The position numbers and the translations under genes were made by a program. The notes beneath the pieces were generated by a model. It was not told the DNA's origin and searched no databases. It was given only the letters and a program-made list of their open reading frames with translations. Below are positions 13,346 through 26,000 of a stretch of 64,000 bases of DNA, in pieces. The stretch covers positions 55,840,788-55,904,787 of the forward strand of contig CM120640.1 in the NCBI GenBank assembly GCA_051362555.1, read 5' to 3'. Positions within the stretch are counted from its first letter, which is position 1, and each line of letters starts with the position of its first letter. The stretch comes from Lingula anatina (taxonomy: Eukaryota > Animalia > Brachiopoda).

Positions 13346-15091
13346 CAGCTGATGGACAACACCTAATGAGATGGGCACTTTACATGTATCCGAATGTCCA
13401 TATTGCCGCTTCCCTTCCTAATCTTATATTTTCCAGTGCTCTACTCTTATTATTAGAATTTGTTTCGAAGGAACATGGGTTAAACTTATTTGCTCTAAAT
13501 CACAGGTAAAATCAACTCTACGACTTCTTTTGAGCCAGTTTCAAACGGGGAGTACATAACGTGATTTGATCTACTGTTTTGAATGTGTCTTATTTCCTCT
13601 GCTTTTTATTGGTATCGATTCGCGACTTCTGCTTGAAATCAAACATTGAAATTATCACACACTATTACTTTATTCAGTCACTTCTTACACATGGTGCATT
13701 ATTGGTCGCATATTTATCACGTTCACAATGTTAATTCTTGAAGGGCATAGCTTCTATTTGGTTTAGAGGGTCAAAATATGCTCATATCAATCATAGTGGA
13801 CAAAAATCATGCAAACCGTTTGTTTATTTACTTGAATATCTACGGGTTTTATGCACAGAGCTTCTTTGGTCAATAAATCATACCCTGGTAGAAAAGCAGT
13901 GTCTTTAATTTACAGCTTTACGGCAAATCTAGGCAAAAATGATAATGTAGTAATAACATCTCTTCTGTAGGTTGTTACTTCCCTAATCAAAAAAAAAAAA
14001 AAATGCCTAATGAAATTAGATCATAAAAACCTACGTTCATCTTATAATATTTGTCCATCTACAAGCTTGCAAATAACTTTTCTATAATAATCCTTTGCTG
14101 TTGAGATAGCGTGCACCAGCATAAAACGCAAGGGATCCATTAATGGCTTTATCAGTTCACTTTGTATATCATTTCCTTATAAAAGTACACCAATAATAAT
14201 GAGCTAACCATTCTGTCTCTACGTTTCTTGTCATATATCTCCTTTAGACATCGTGCAAAAATTGCAAATACACAAAAAGCCAACAGGTTGGACACAGACC
14301 AAAGAAAACATTCAGTTTCGTATACAGTGTGTACCATATGGATTTAATTGATATATTTCGTGCTTCAAAATATAATGGTAGACACAGATGTGGGAACGAC
14401 AAAATGTCATCAACAGGGCGTTAATGACAACTCAAAGTATAATACAGGAAAAACTTAAATGAAACAGTTGGAGTTTCGTGCATTTCATTTTCGCAATCTC
14501 AAGAACTCGGGGTTTGCAGAAAACAAACTCGCCTGGCGTTCTCTTTTAATGTTAAAATGTGACATACCAATTCAAATAATAACAGAAAAGCCCGTGTAAT
14601 CACGAACATCATTGCATACATGAAAAACGATTTGAACAGCGACTTCCAAATGTCACCGTTTAAACTTTCATCGAGACTGTGTCAACCCTCAGGGTACAGA
14701 TGACTGATGTGAGATCGAAACCATCAATACAACCCTCATGCAATAATATTAAATGTTCCACAATATTATGTATGTATGACGAAACAGGTGCTGTGCCGTG
14801 CAAAATGTCGCAGACTTCCTCTAAATGTTACAGTCCTTCATCAATATGTAAATGTTTTTTATGGAAAAACAAAAACAAAACAAAACAGGTTCCCAGTCCT
14901 GCATCGTTAGTCCACTTACAACCTGATAATTTTACTTATAGTAGATACAAAAAAATGAGTATTATCTTTCGTAATTCTCAAATTTGCAAGTAATGTAATG
15001 TAGATAGCACTGGCTCTAAAATGGTGTCACAATCATCTATCACCACTCCGTATCTTGCGCCATGTCATTTTAGCATTTCTGTTTTAGCCTG

Positions 15092-16195
15092 TCAGCTGTG
15101 TAGTGGATAACATGGTTCTGATGGAGGTGCGGACAGGTGATCGTCATCTCTGAAATAACAGTGTTCAGGAAGTGTCGTAAATGAGCAGATCATATTACAT
15201 TCATTTAGTCATTCAGCAGTTTGGCACTTATCCCACTATTAAATAGTTAAATGTTATAAGTGGCACAGCTATTATATCGACGTTACTAACCCGCATTCGC
15301 TAGAATTTTGCATGGTTTACTCTATATCTAAACTGTTTTGTTTTTTTAATCACATGTGAACCAGATTTTAAAACAAGATGCTAGTAGGCCCTACGTTAGA
15401 GACCAATTGTCAAATTAACGCGTGTGTGTGTGAATGTGTGTATGTGTGTGTGTGAGTGTGTGTATGTGTGTGCGCGTAGTGAGAAAGACTTAATTGTCAG
15501 TATTGACAATAAATTCTTCATAGGCTTGCAGATACATTTTATCCAAATGTTCGTTACTTTATTTAATAATAATAATAAATACCCAATCAAATGGAATATG
15601 ATATCCATATGATCAAATCCACTAACTACTTCAAAACTGGAAGGAAGATAAGACGTTGATCTTACTTGCCAACGAGTTTCACCATCAGTGTGGTCTTCTG
15701 TTTTTCGTCTACTACCAGATCTTCGGCGGCAGAAAATTTAGCATGACTAGGCCCTTGTAATGCCACTCCGCCTGCACTCCAGCCTCTACAAAGATATTAC
15801 ACGCCATAGGTAAGTACTCCGAATGAAAGTTAATGGACCCTGTGAGAATTCTGCAAACTTCAACAGCATTTAAAAAAATCTGTTTGATTGCAGATATTTC
15901 CATTATAGCACAGTTGATGTTTTAAACTCCTTTGCCGCCCTGTCAACAAGCCTAGCAAGAGGTTTCTCCATTCCTTTCACAAACCTTGATTTGCCGCTGG
16001 AGATTTTATGCATGTATTCAAAGTTTTTAAATTATCTAACAAAATATTTACCCATAGGCTTACTTAATTAAAAATTGCTTTTACTCAAGTAGTCATCTTG
16101 TATTTGATTTAAACTGCGACATATGGCAGTAAATGCCATAAAATATTTTAAAAGATTTTAAACAGTGCATATGACTTTAGGATAAAAATTTTATC

Positions 16196-16238
<43 letters not shown>

Positions 16239-18996
16239 ACGTACCTGCTTACGTCATCACTCGAGCTGTCCGACTCGTCTGAATCACTGTCCGACTCCTC
16301 ACTGTCTGACGACTCGGCCTTGGGATCGTAGCCTCGAAACGCACCTCAAAAATCAAATGTGAAATTACAACCTGTTAGACACCCTGTGAAAAACTTTAGG
16401 AAGAAAATGTTATTCTTGGGGTCACTTTTTATTCAGTGATACAGACTTTTACATTGATGAGTGATATTTTGAATGTTTGACACTGACAACCAGCAGTCCT
16501 ATGATTTCATTAATTGACATTACTTTAAGTAATTTAAGTAATTTAAGTACTTTAAGTCAAATGCATTTTTATAAGTTGGTATCGAATGAATGCTCTTTCA
16601 GAAACTGACGTCACTTAATATATTAAATTATTCCCAACATTGTGGCACAAAGTCTGTGATAATATAAAGGGGAGTACCTCTTGATGCATGTTCTTTTGCA
16701 TGTATAGACTGTATTGCCGGCAAAAATTGAGCTTCAACTACTCCCGACTCCAACGTTGATCGAATGCCAGACTCAGCAGGTGCTTCAGCAACTCGATAGA
16801 ATACAAAATGTTTTCTCTCCGTTTCCTCCTTGTAGGTTGGGCAGTCAAACTCCGATTTTTCATTTTCCTCTAGCTGCGCAAGAATAACTTGTTTTCCATC
16901 AACATACACATCAACATTACATTTCACTTTGTTGGTATTCTGGAGCATTATTTGAAACTTTTGGCCACTCTGAAGTTCTACATATTCTTGTCCGTCTTCT
17001 ACCTCATAATGCTGACCCCCAACTATGCCTAGTCTATACCCATCACACTCTTTATAATTTTTGTCTTTCTTTTTAAACTGGATTCGAATTGGGTTTGATG
17101 TCACTCGAGTTAAGGGACTCTTTGGTTTTTCAAGTATGGATCCGACATTTCTTTGCCTCAGAAGTTCAGGCTTTATTTGTGGTTCCTCTGATAGTGCAGT
17201 TTCGACTGAAAGATACAATAGTACATAATACGATCCGCACAATTTAAATGTATATGTGTGAAATATTCGAATGCCTAGTAGGGCCTACATTACAGGGTTA
17301 CCTACGGAGCGAGAAAAAAAAACTAATTAAAACAAATTTTGGTCCTGTTTCCTATTTCGATTGCGTTTTCAATAATGGCATCTATTCACAAAACTCTATA
17401 AACTGCATTACAGGTCATTTCTGCCATTTTGAGTTTGAAACACAAATGAAACTAGATTGCTTATTTTAATGATCTTTTACACACTGTAGTCTATATTTAC
17501 TTACGTGTTTTATTCACTGTTGGCGGCGCATCTGTTTCTAAATCCAAGCCTAAACTTTTAGTATTTGTATCGTCAATTACTTCTGTTTCTCGAGGCTCCG
17601 GTGAGGATTTCATTTCAGTGAGAGCGACTGAACCTAAGATAATTTCTAGTGACTGATTTGAGTCTGTCCTTTGAGTGTTAGGTTGCAACGATTCCGATCC
17701 TTGTAGTTTTGGGTCAACCCAGGAGTATTCGGCAGGTTTTTTCATTTCTTGGGACGAGAACTCGGTCTCTCTGCAAATGCTAAGACCTTGTCCACTTTGT
17801 GAATAATTGGACTGGATTTGTTCGTCGATAGAAGAGACTGGAAAAATTTAAAAAGGTCAACTATATGAATGTACTGAAAATTAGCCAATTCAGCTTTTAA
17901 CATTTATCACTTTTTTGTGATTTAATAAGTAAGGTTTGACAATTGTAGGGCCTATTGTAGGCCTCAGGCCCGTAGCCAGGGTGGGTTCGGGGGGTTCAAA
18001 AGAAACGCCCCTTTTGCTGGGAAAAGGTCCACTCTGAGTAAAATTTGATTTATGTACATGAAGTTTTTATGGGAAAAGGTCCATTTTTCAGAAAAAGAAC
18101 CCCCCTTTTGAAATTTCTGGATACGGGCCTGGGCCTACATGTAGCCTAGGCATACATGTGATGTGCATTATGCTCAGTAGCATAAACGGCCGCTCTCTAT
18201 TTGTTATATAATAATATAATAATATAATAATTATATAGGGTCTACATGTTTATAAAACTGAATCTGATATTAAGACATGGATATATGATGTTTCTTATAA
18301 AAAGAGATAACTATTTACTGTAATTATAACGTTTTACTGGATATTGCATTTCCCCTTGAAAGTGGAGTCGCTTCCAGGAAAACAACCAATTTGTGCCAAA
18401 AGAGGGCACTAGCGGCAGACGTGGTTATGAGTAATGTTTTGTGTGACGTATTCATTCCCTCTATATTTAAGTGTACAGATTTTATCAAATTTAATTTTAC
18501 ACGTTTCATTTGTATTTGTACACGTAACTGAATGGCTATCCTAGCACACGAGGGTGCGTGCAAATCTCAATTATGTACAGTTAGGTCTATCAGAGATGAT
18601 AAACACAATTCAAAACATAGTTGACCTAGTTGCATCTAACCGGATCTTTGCGACCCTGTCTATCATATACATGTATACATGTTAAAATTTACTGAGCGAG
18701 CTTGGCCAGTTTTCCATACCTTTGGTCGAAAAATCTCTGATCCTGATATACAGATCGTGTCTGTGAAGAGACTGCATTAAATACTGTAGGTAAGTCAGAT
18801 CTTCGTCACATATATGTGCCCCTTCTTCTAACAGAGAAAATATATGATACCCCTGGTCTACTCCCTCCAGTCTTGACTTTGGAACGACACCAGAGACAAG
18901 ATATTTTAACTCTTCTACGTTTTGAGTCGACAATTCATGGGATATTTCCATTAGAAAGGCACGAAAATCAGTCGCTTCTCGAGTCGCCGGAGTCAT
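15092..18996 (-). CDS. DED-containing protein (about 471 aa): N-terminal death effector domain, low-complexity linker, and a C-terminal beta-rich domain split by an acidic insert
   Basis: Exons 18996-18720, 17837-17505, 17205-16678, 16344-16245, 15785-15666 and 15149-15092 join in frame (1416 nt). Exon 1 has DED signatures FRAFLMEISHELS..ELKYL, IFSLLEE and LQYLMQSLHRHDL (RxDL motif). No caspase QACxG motif and no death domain follow. Confidence 0.85.
17965..18131. mobile_element. Short MITE (167 bp) with CAGGCCCGTA termini and a 5-bp TSD, in intron 1 of the DED gene
   Basis: CAGGCCCGTAGCCAG...CTGGATACGGGCCTG flanked by GGCCT at 17960-17964 and 18132-18136. Confidence 0.8.
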
Positions 18997-19641
18997 TTTA
19001 GAAGACTGGCGTTAATATACTTGACCCAGATAGGCCTACGTGTTTGTAGGCCGAGTCAGAAATCCCTTGTTTCGATTCGTCAAACCTAAACGATTAAACA
19101 GTGATTATAATATGCTTCTTTCTTCCTGTCATTGTTAGCAGTGAGCACAAGTTCATAATTTTACAGTGTAAATATGAATCCCAAACAATTTGTTTATCCA
19201 GTCAAACCAGGAGCTTTCCTGTAACGAAATGGAAATGGTTCGTGGAAACGTCTATTTTTAGCTCTTGCTCATTAGGGCCTACGAGTGCACTTTTATCGTG
19301 ATCCCATGTCACATGCACGTCAAATTACATTAGGCATGTACGATTAGAAAAAATTAAGGTTTCCCCTTTTCTCTGCCATTTGGACTGATATGGAGAATTT
19401 TTATAATTGCACATCAAAATGCTTATGACTCTGTCACACATAGGCCTACTTACCGAATTTTGAGTATATGACATCACCCTTTTTCCAGCGTATAAATAAA
19501 ATGAACAAATGAGCAGAGTGTAAAATTGTTTTTGAATATGCTCAAAACATTTTGTCTCCCTCCGCGATTGCAGATCGACCTACAACAAGGTTTTCCATGC
19601 GTAGGCCTACTTGAAACGTAGGGACACGTCGTAAGTGTAAC

Positions 19642-19668
19642 CATAGAAGTAGAGAATCTACTTCTATG
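19642..19668. mobile_element. P-element-type miniature remnant or excision footprint (27 bp)
   Basis: CATAGAAGTAGA-GAA-TCTACTTCTATG (12-bp perfect inverted repeat) flanked by the 7-bp direct repeat GTGTAAC. Confidence 0.65.
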
Positions 19669-19772
19669 GTGTAACGAACCCTTTGCGTTTGTGTGCGTAT
19701 GGGTAATTTTCCTCGTAGGCCTACGTTAGTGATGTACGCTGCTAAGTGTGATGTCCAGTGCCTTTATAAAAC

Positions 19773-19793
19773 CATAGACTCTCTACTTCTATG
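19773..19793. mobile_element. Second P-element-type footprint (21 bp) of the same family
   Basis: CATAGACTC-TCTACTTCTATG flanked by the 7-bp direct repeat ATAAAAC. The right end is identical to that of the 19642 element. Confidence 0.65.
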
Positions 19794-20064
19794 ATAAAAC
19801 GTTATTCACTTTGTTGCTCCAAATGGTGCTTTGAAATAATGTGCGTGTGTCTGTATGCGTACGTGTGTTTGTGTGTGTGCGTGCATAGGTTCGTGTGTGT
19901 TATTTAAGCACATGTAGGCCTATACGTATTAGGCTGCAAACGAATTTAAAAACATGTCATATAAAAGTGCGGAAACGTTCTTGGTGTAAAGAACATCCTC
20001 TGCAATTGGAGTAAGTTTGTAAATATACAGAATGTTTATTTATTTCTCCTAGTTGCCATTCAGA

Positions 20065-23000
20065 ATGGAGTCTTCTGCTCGCCGATCAAGCCAAGTTGAA
20101 GTAGACGATGTCCAACAAACATTGTCTCAGATTGAACAACACTTGGAGAAACTGAGAAGCAGCGATTTTTCATTGATCAATACTAGTAATGGTAAACTGT
20201 TATTAGCGATAAAGTAAAATCAGTCGTCTTTAAAAGAAATAGAAGTAGCAAAAGAAAACGTCTTTGTTGCTAAAAATCAGACATTACAAGCTCGAAGCTG
20301 AGACTTTCACTAGTTGCTACTGTTTCCTTCATCTTTGTCTGTCCGGAACATCCCCCGTCACAGTAAACAAACCTATATTGTTTTCATAAATTGTGCCGCT
20401 GAAAATATAGTAGATGAGTGTTTAAGTCCCCGATCTACAGGTATCCTGAAATGGGAATAAGGTTTTTTTTTTTAGTTTTGAGAAATGTGATTACATCTGC
20501 AGCATTTGAAAACGACCTAAAGTTAAACCCATTTCATTCAACATTTTATTTACATTTTATTGCGATGGAATACCTATAATTAACACAATTAATTACATTA
20601 TTTTCATCACGCATTTTCAGCAATAGAACAACACTTGGACAGTGCTGAAGGTTTACTTTATGTAAACTTACCAAAAGCACGTGAAGTATATGAGATTTTA
20701 TTGAAATCCATCGACACGAAGGATAAACTGCTGGTAATTACATGGACTTGAATTTCAATAAAAAAGACAAAAAATAATACGTAGACAAAATGCCTCAACC
20801 AAAATGAAATTAAATTTTTGAATTTGTAGAAATTAAATATATAACACAACACAAATTTTATCAATTTTTGCAATTTTAAGGTACTCCGATGTCGACATGG
20901 GTTAGTACAAGCTTCACTGGGCACATTGCCTTTGTCTGACTCATTAGCGGTTGCTAAAGAAGGCTTTGAATATGCTCAATGCATTTTACCAAATCAACCC
21001 CAGACCAATGACGAACTGAACGCCGCATATTTAGAATCCAGTTTTGATCTTGCTACTGTCTACCGAATCGTCGGTCAACTCGATGAGGCCGACCGAATCC
21101 TGAGGGAAGCACTCCAGTTTGCGAAGGACCACAACTGTCGAGATGGTGCACACAGAGCCAAGGTACTCCAGGGTATCGTGTTGCTGTCACGCGGAGAACT
21201 GGGCGTGGCCATCAGAGGCGTCTTTACGCCTTTAATGGAGGAATCTCTAAGTGATGAAAACAAGGGGTTACTCCTTCAGGCTTTAGGAAATGCTTGCAGG
21301 TAGGTTGGGTATGTAATGGGAAGTCCCTGTTTTATTTATTGAACAAAACTTGATAACTTGTGTGTCCTTAACAAGGGGGGTCAGTCCAACTAGAGATAGG
21401 CCTACTGTTGACTGTAATGTGGCAACTGCTAATTAATGCACCAGTCTGTAGACTAAAGCGATTGTAAATTTTCGCTCATTGGAATCCCAGACATAGTAAA
21501 TGTGCTAATGTTGTGCGGGTGCCAATTTACACAACTGGGCAAAGACAGGTATTGGGTCATCAAAGAAAAATGAAAGTGAAATATCAACTCTGTGATACGC
21601 GCTTTCAATTTTAACAAAGAGGGCAACGTTGGCGGACGCGATTGTGGATCTTGCTGACAAAGTTTAAAAGCATGGCATGTATTTTTCTGACATTTTCACA
21701 GAGAGACTAGAATATATTTTAGATAGATGGAAATCCAACTTAGGTACTGTATAAATCGTTTTCGCAGATCTGCCGCACAGTGGGGCCCAGCAAAGGATCA
21801 CATGAGAGAAGCAATTTCAATTGCGAAAAAGATGGGTGACAAGGCACGTGAAGCAGAGAGGCACTGTGATTTAGGAACCATATATCGTTCTGAGGGTCGA
21901 ATAGCTGATGCTTTGGAACATCAGAGAAAGCTGTACGATTTTGCATTGGAAAGAGGTAACAAAGGCCACTCCATCCAAAATGTCGATGTCAGTTTTACAA
22001 TCCTTATACTTAAAACTATCCCCGTAACAAAAAGATGAAAATGGGTAATACCGCGTCAGAAAACAATATCGCATCATATATCAGATCCACGTATCATTCC
22101 TACTGCATCTAGAAAACGTAACCCTATCATTGTAGGAGATATGCAAGGTCTATGCTCTGCATGCTTTGGAATTGGTTTTTCGCATTATTCAACAAAACCT
22201 AGACCCGATTATAAGCAAGCGTTACTTCACCTTGGTCTACAGAAACGTCTTGCCGATAGACTGCAGGATGTAGCCATGAGAGGGATTGCCCTAAATTGTC
22301 TGGGTAAAACTTTTACAGGTATGACCTATCTTTTTTTCTGAACATGTGATTTTTTAAATTTTCAAATTGTCATCCACATTTCTCCAATGTGAGAGCAAAT
22401 TATTGGAAATAATAGCCGCATTTCTAAAGAACTGTTCTGCATTTCAGGAAGGTGAACTGTTTTCTCATATCAACTAATGCAGACAAAACCTATCTTCAAA
22501 AAGTTAATATAAACAAATTTAGTACAAATAGCGCTGATCAATGTGCTTCATCATTGCTAATATGATATGAATTAAGAGAAGACTGAATTTAAGGAATACA
22601 ACCTTATGATGGTATTTATTATTGCAAATTTATGTAAGATTTAGGAAAGTACGAAGATGCCATCCAAGCCTTTGAGGAGAGAGTAGAAATTGCACAACAA
22701 ACTGGAAACATAGCTGGTGAAGGGATGGCGTATGGAAACCTTGGAACAGCCCATAGATGTATAGGTGAAACACACTGTTTGTTTTTTCCTCACAGTATAC
22801 AATCATCAGAACTGTCAAAATTGAAATAATATTTGAACATTCATGAAGATTTCATTCTTTGCTCCATACTGCTTTTATTTAAGGAGCGATGGCGCAGTTT
22901 GTACATATTGGTCAACGTTATCTTCATGGCAGCAAATTGTACCTTGAAAAAACTGCCTTTGAAATTCCATTTATAAAACATTTTTCCTGGTTTATTAAGA

Positions 23001-26000
23001 CGTGTTATCTGAAAAAAATCTGCAATCCTCGGAGGGTCAACTCACCAAAGGCTTTTCAAACTAGTATTTTGTAAAATTCACTGACTGGTTTTCACCCTGC
23101 CATTACAATAAATTTCAGAACGGCTGTATCAATGCTCATTGGCTACCTTCGGAGATGATTATATGTTCCCACCCTTTTCTTAGATGTCTTCAATATATAT
23201 TTTTTTTTTTTTGACGGCTCGGTTTTTTATTTCTCAATCTTACTTGGGTCGAAAGAACTTAGGTCGAACTTTAAGACTAAAATCCTAGCGCACTAAAATA
23301 ATGCAACTGTCAGTCTAAAACATTGATGTTTTAATATTAAAATTAAAACATTGCTTTTAGAGAAACAGATCTATTATCCCCATTTAAAATGACTTTAGCT
23401 GATTTCTCCGGGATCAAAGTTAATTTAAAAAACCGCACTGCCTCAATACAACTTCTTATTACTTGATTGAGAAGTTAATCTTATATTTACATCCATAATT
23501 CAGGAAACTACGAAGAAGCATTAAAATACCATCATAAATATTTGATGAACGCTGAGCGCAGAGATGACACCGGGGGAGCGGCTATCATGTTGAGAGAATT
23601 AGCACTGGATTATTTGTTTATGGATGTATGTTTACTTGTTCTATGCATTTTCATGTGGAGAATTTGGAAGCATAAATGTTTATCTCAGAGTCGGTGAACA
23701 CTATTTTCATTTCGCTGAGAAAACCTTAAGCAGTTAAATGTAGGCCTATTTAGAAATACGACATACTTTCCTGGTTTTTAGAATTCTGAATGGCTTTTCT
23801 CTTAAATATTGTAACAAGCTGACAATTATTATATTGTTACAGGACAGCGCGAATGCAGAGGTCTTCGCTAGGAAAGCGCTGACAACACTGGATACTATAA
23901 GAGCACAGCTAGGTCCAGAAGATACTTCAAAAATCGCAAACTACGAAAAGAACCAAGCCGATGCCTATAATCTTCTTATCTACGTTCTTGTCAAGGCAGG
24001 GCGTTATAAGGACGCTCTAGTGGTGTCCGAAATTGGTCGAGCTCGTGCTTTAACAGATCTAATGATTCTGAAAGCCGGTAAAAGCTACGCACCGCCGCAG
24101 AGTCTAAATGAAACTGACATTTATGATTTAGCACGAAGATTCCAAACATCATTCGTCGTATATTCCATAGTTAATGAGATAGACCCAAGGGGAAAACGAA
24201 CGGGATGGTTCTACATATGGCTGGTAACTATTGAGGAGGGGGTGCAGGCTCCCAGGGTTTATTTTGGAAAGCACTTAAATGTGTCTGATCCGGATCTTGT
24301 TGATGAGAGCAACGAGACTATTGCCCTTGATGAAGGATATTTTCATTCACTGTGTAGATCCATGCAGACCATGGACGATTTAGGTGGGTATTTCATCATT
24401 TCATAACTTTTTTGCATTTAGTTCCTTCTTGATTAATTGAATTGATGAAAGAGTATTTTCATAAGTTCTCCATGTTAAAAGTGTCCTCGAGTCGTGTTGG
24501 GCTGGACGGACCCTGCACAGTGTAAAAATTATCGTTCTGAAATACAGTGTAGGCCTATCAGTTCCTTTCAATACAAAATTAATTGATTTTTGATAAATTC
24601 AGATCGTACTCAGAATTCAGACTCGGAATCCGATTCGGATTCAGAGGAAGATGAGACAGAAAGAGATCCAGGAAAAATGGAATCGGCCCAAGAACAGGTA
24701 ACATTATTAAAAACGTGAAGTTTATTTATTTATTTTTTTGTGACTGTGTGTATCTAACCTAGCTGTAAAGGTTATAAACTTAAGTTCTGTCTTACACGAC
24801 CGCTTTTACTCATACCCTGTGGGGCATGACTCTCCTCGTCCAGCTTACACCCCTGACATCCTTTCAGTTTGCTAGTGTTAGTTGCTACAAGAGCATGTCT
24901 GAACGTTAAGAGTCTCAGGTTGTAGGAAGACTACAAGAACACAAACATTGACACACACACACACACACACACACACGCACGCACGCACGCATACACACAC
25001 ATATATATATTCCCCTTTCTTTACTTTCAGCCGGGTACAACCCGTTTTAAGACTTGGGTCGCATCAGAGACGCCAGTGAGGATGAAAACTGAAGGGCAGT
25101 TACGCGCCTTATACGACACTTGCATTGCTCCCATCGCTAAACATCTACCTGTGGCAGATGTTGGAGATGAGAGTCATCTTCGACCACGTTTAACAATTAT
25201 CCCACAAGGTATGAATGTTCTTTTTGCAGGTATCTGTGAAAGTGAAATATACCCCTTTTAGAATAAATACTGACGAGAAACCAGCACGTTTCTTTTGGTA
25301 TTTTCCACTCTTCGGCGCATAGTCCTCTAACCTCTCTCTTTAGTACAGTATTTTGCATTCCTGATTTATGAATTGTTATGTTTGTTTAATTTTTTGCAGA
25401 CTTCCTATTCAAAGTACCATTCGCTGCACTTCAAGCTCCAGATCACAGTTACATGGTGCAGAAATTTGTCATGAACTGCAGTCCATCCATCCTTGCCTTC
25501 AAACTCTCTCAGGAGAGACGAGAGCACCTGAAAACTCTGACCAGAAAAACCAGCATGATTGCTATTGGCAACCCCTTGACACCCTTTACTGGAAAACAGC
25601 TGCCGCAGTTGTTGGGTGCAGAAAAGGTAAGCGAATGAATTTGAGTTGATTTAGGCCTGTTGTAAATGTATGTAGTAAGGCATTTTGAAAGATTGGTGTG
25701 TAATTGCAGAATCATTTGACGTGTGCATTTTTAGATTAAGGTAAAAAAACCAATAGTTCAATAATCATATGATCAGTATTGTTTACTAGGAGGTCAAAAG
25801 AGTGCGCAAGTGCTTCAAAGATGATGACGTTTCCTTGTTACTTGGAGAAAATGCAAGGAAAGATAAAACTATGGCAGAAGTTAAAGCCCACTCGGTGATT
25901 CACATAGCAGCGCACGCGGCACCACATGAAGGAGTGGTAGATTTAAAAGAAGAGGTTGGTATCGCTTTTGTTTGTGTCACTCATTTATCAACATCGACAG

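Larger units (their letters stand above)
18997..20064. promoter_or_regulatory. Probable bidirectional promoter shared by the DED and TPR-CHAT genes
   Basis: About 1.07 kb between divergent ATGs. TATAAAA at 19960; IRF-E-like GAAATGGAAA at 19226-19235; several kappaB-like motifs. Function is inferred from geometry only. Confidence 0.55.

Noticed and set aside
18682-18996. Calling the DED gene FADD, caspase-8 or cFLIP
   Set aside because: It has a single DED, with no death domain and no caspase domain in the spliced product.
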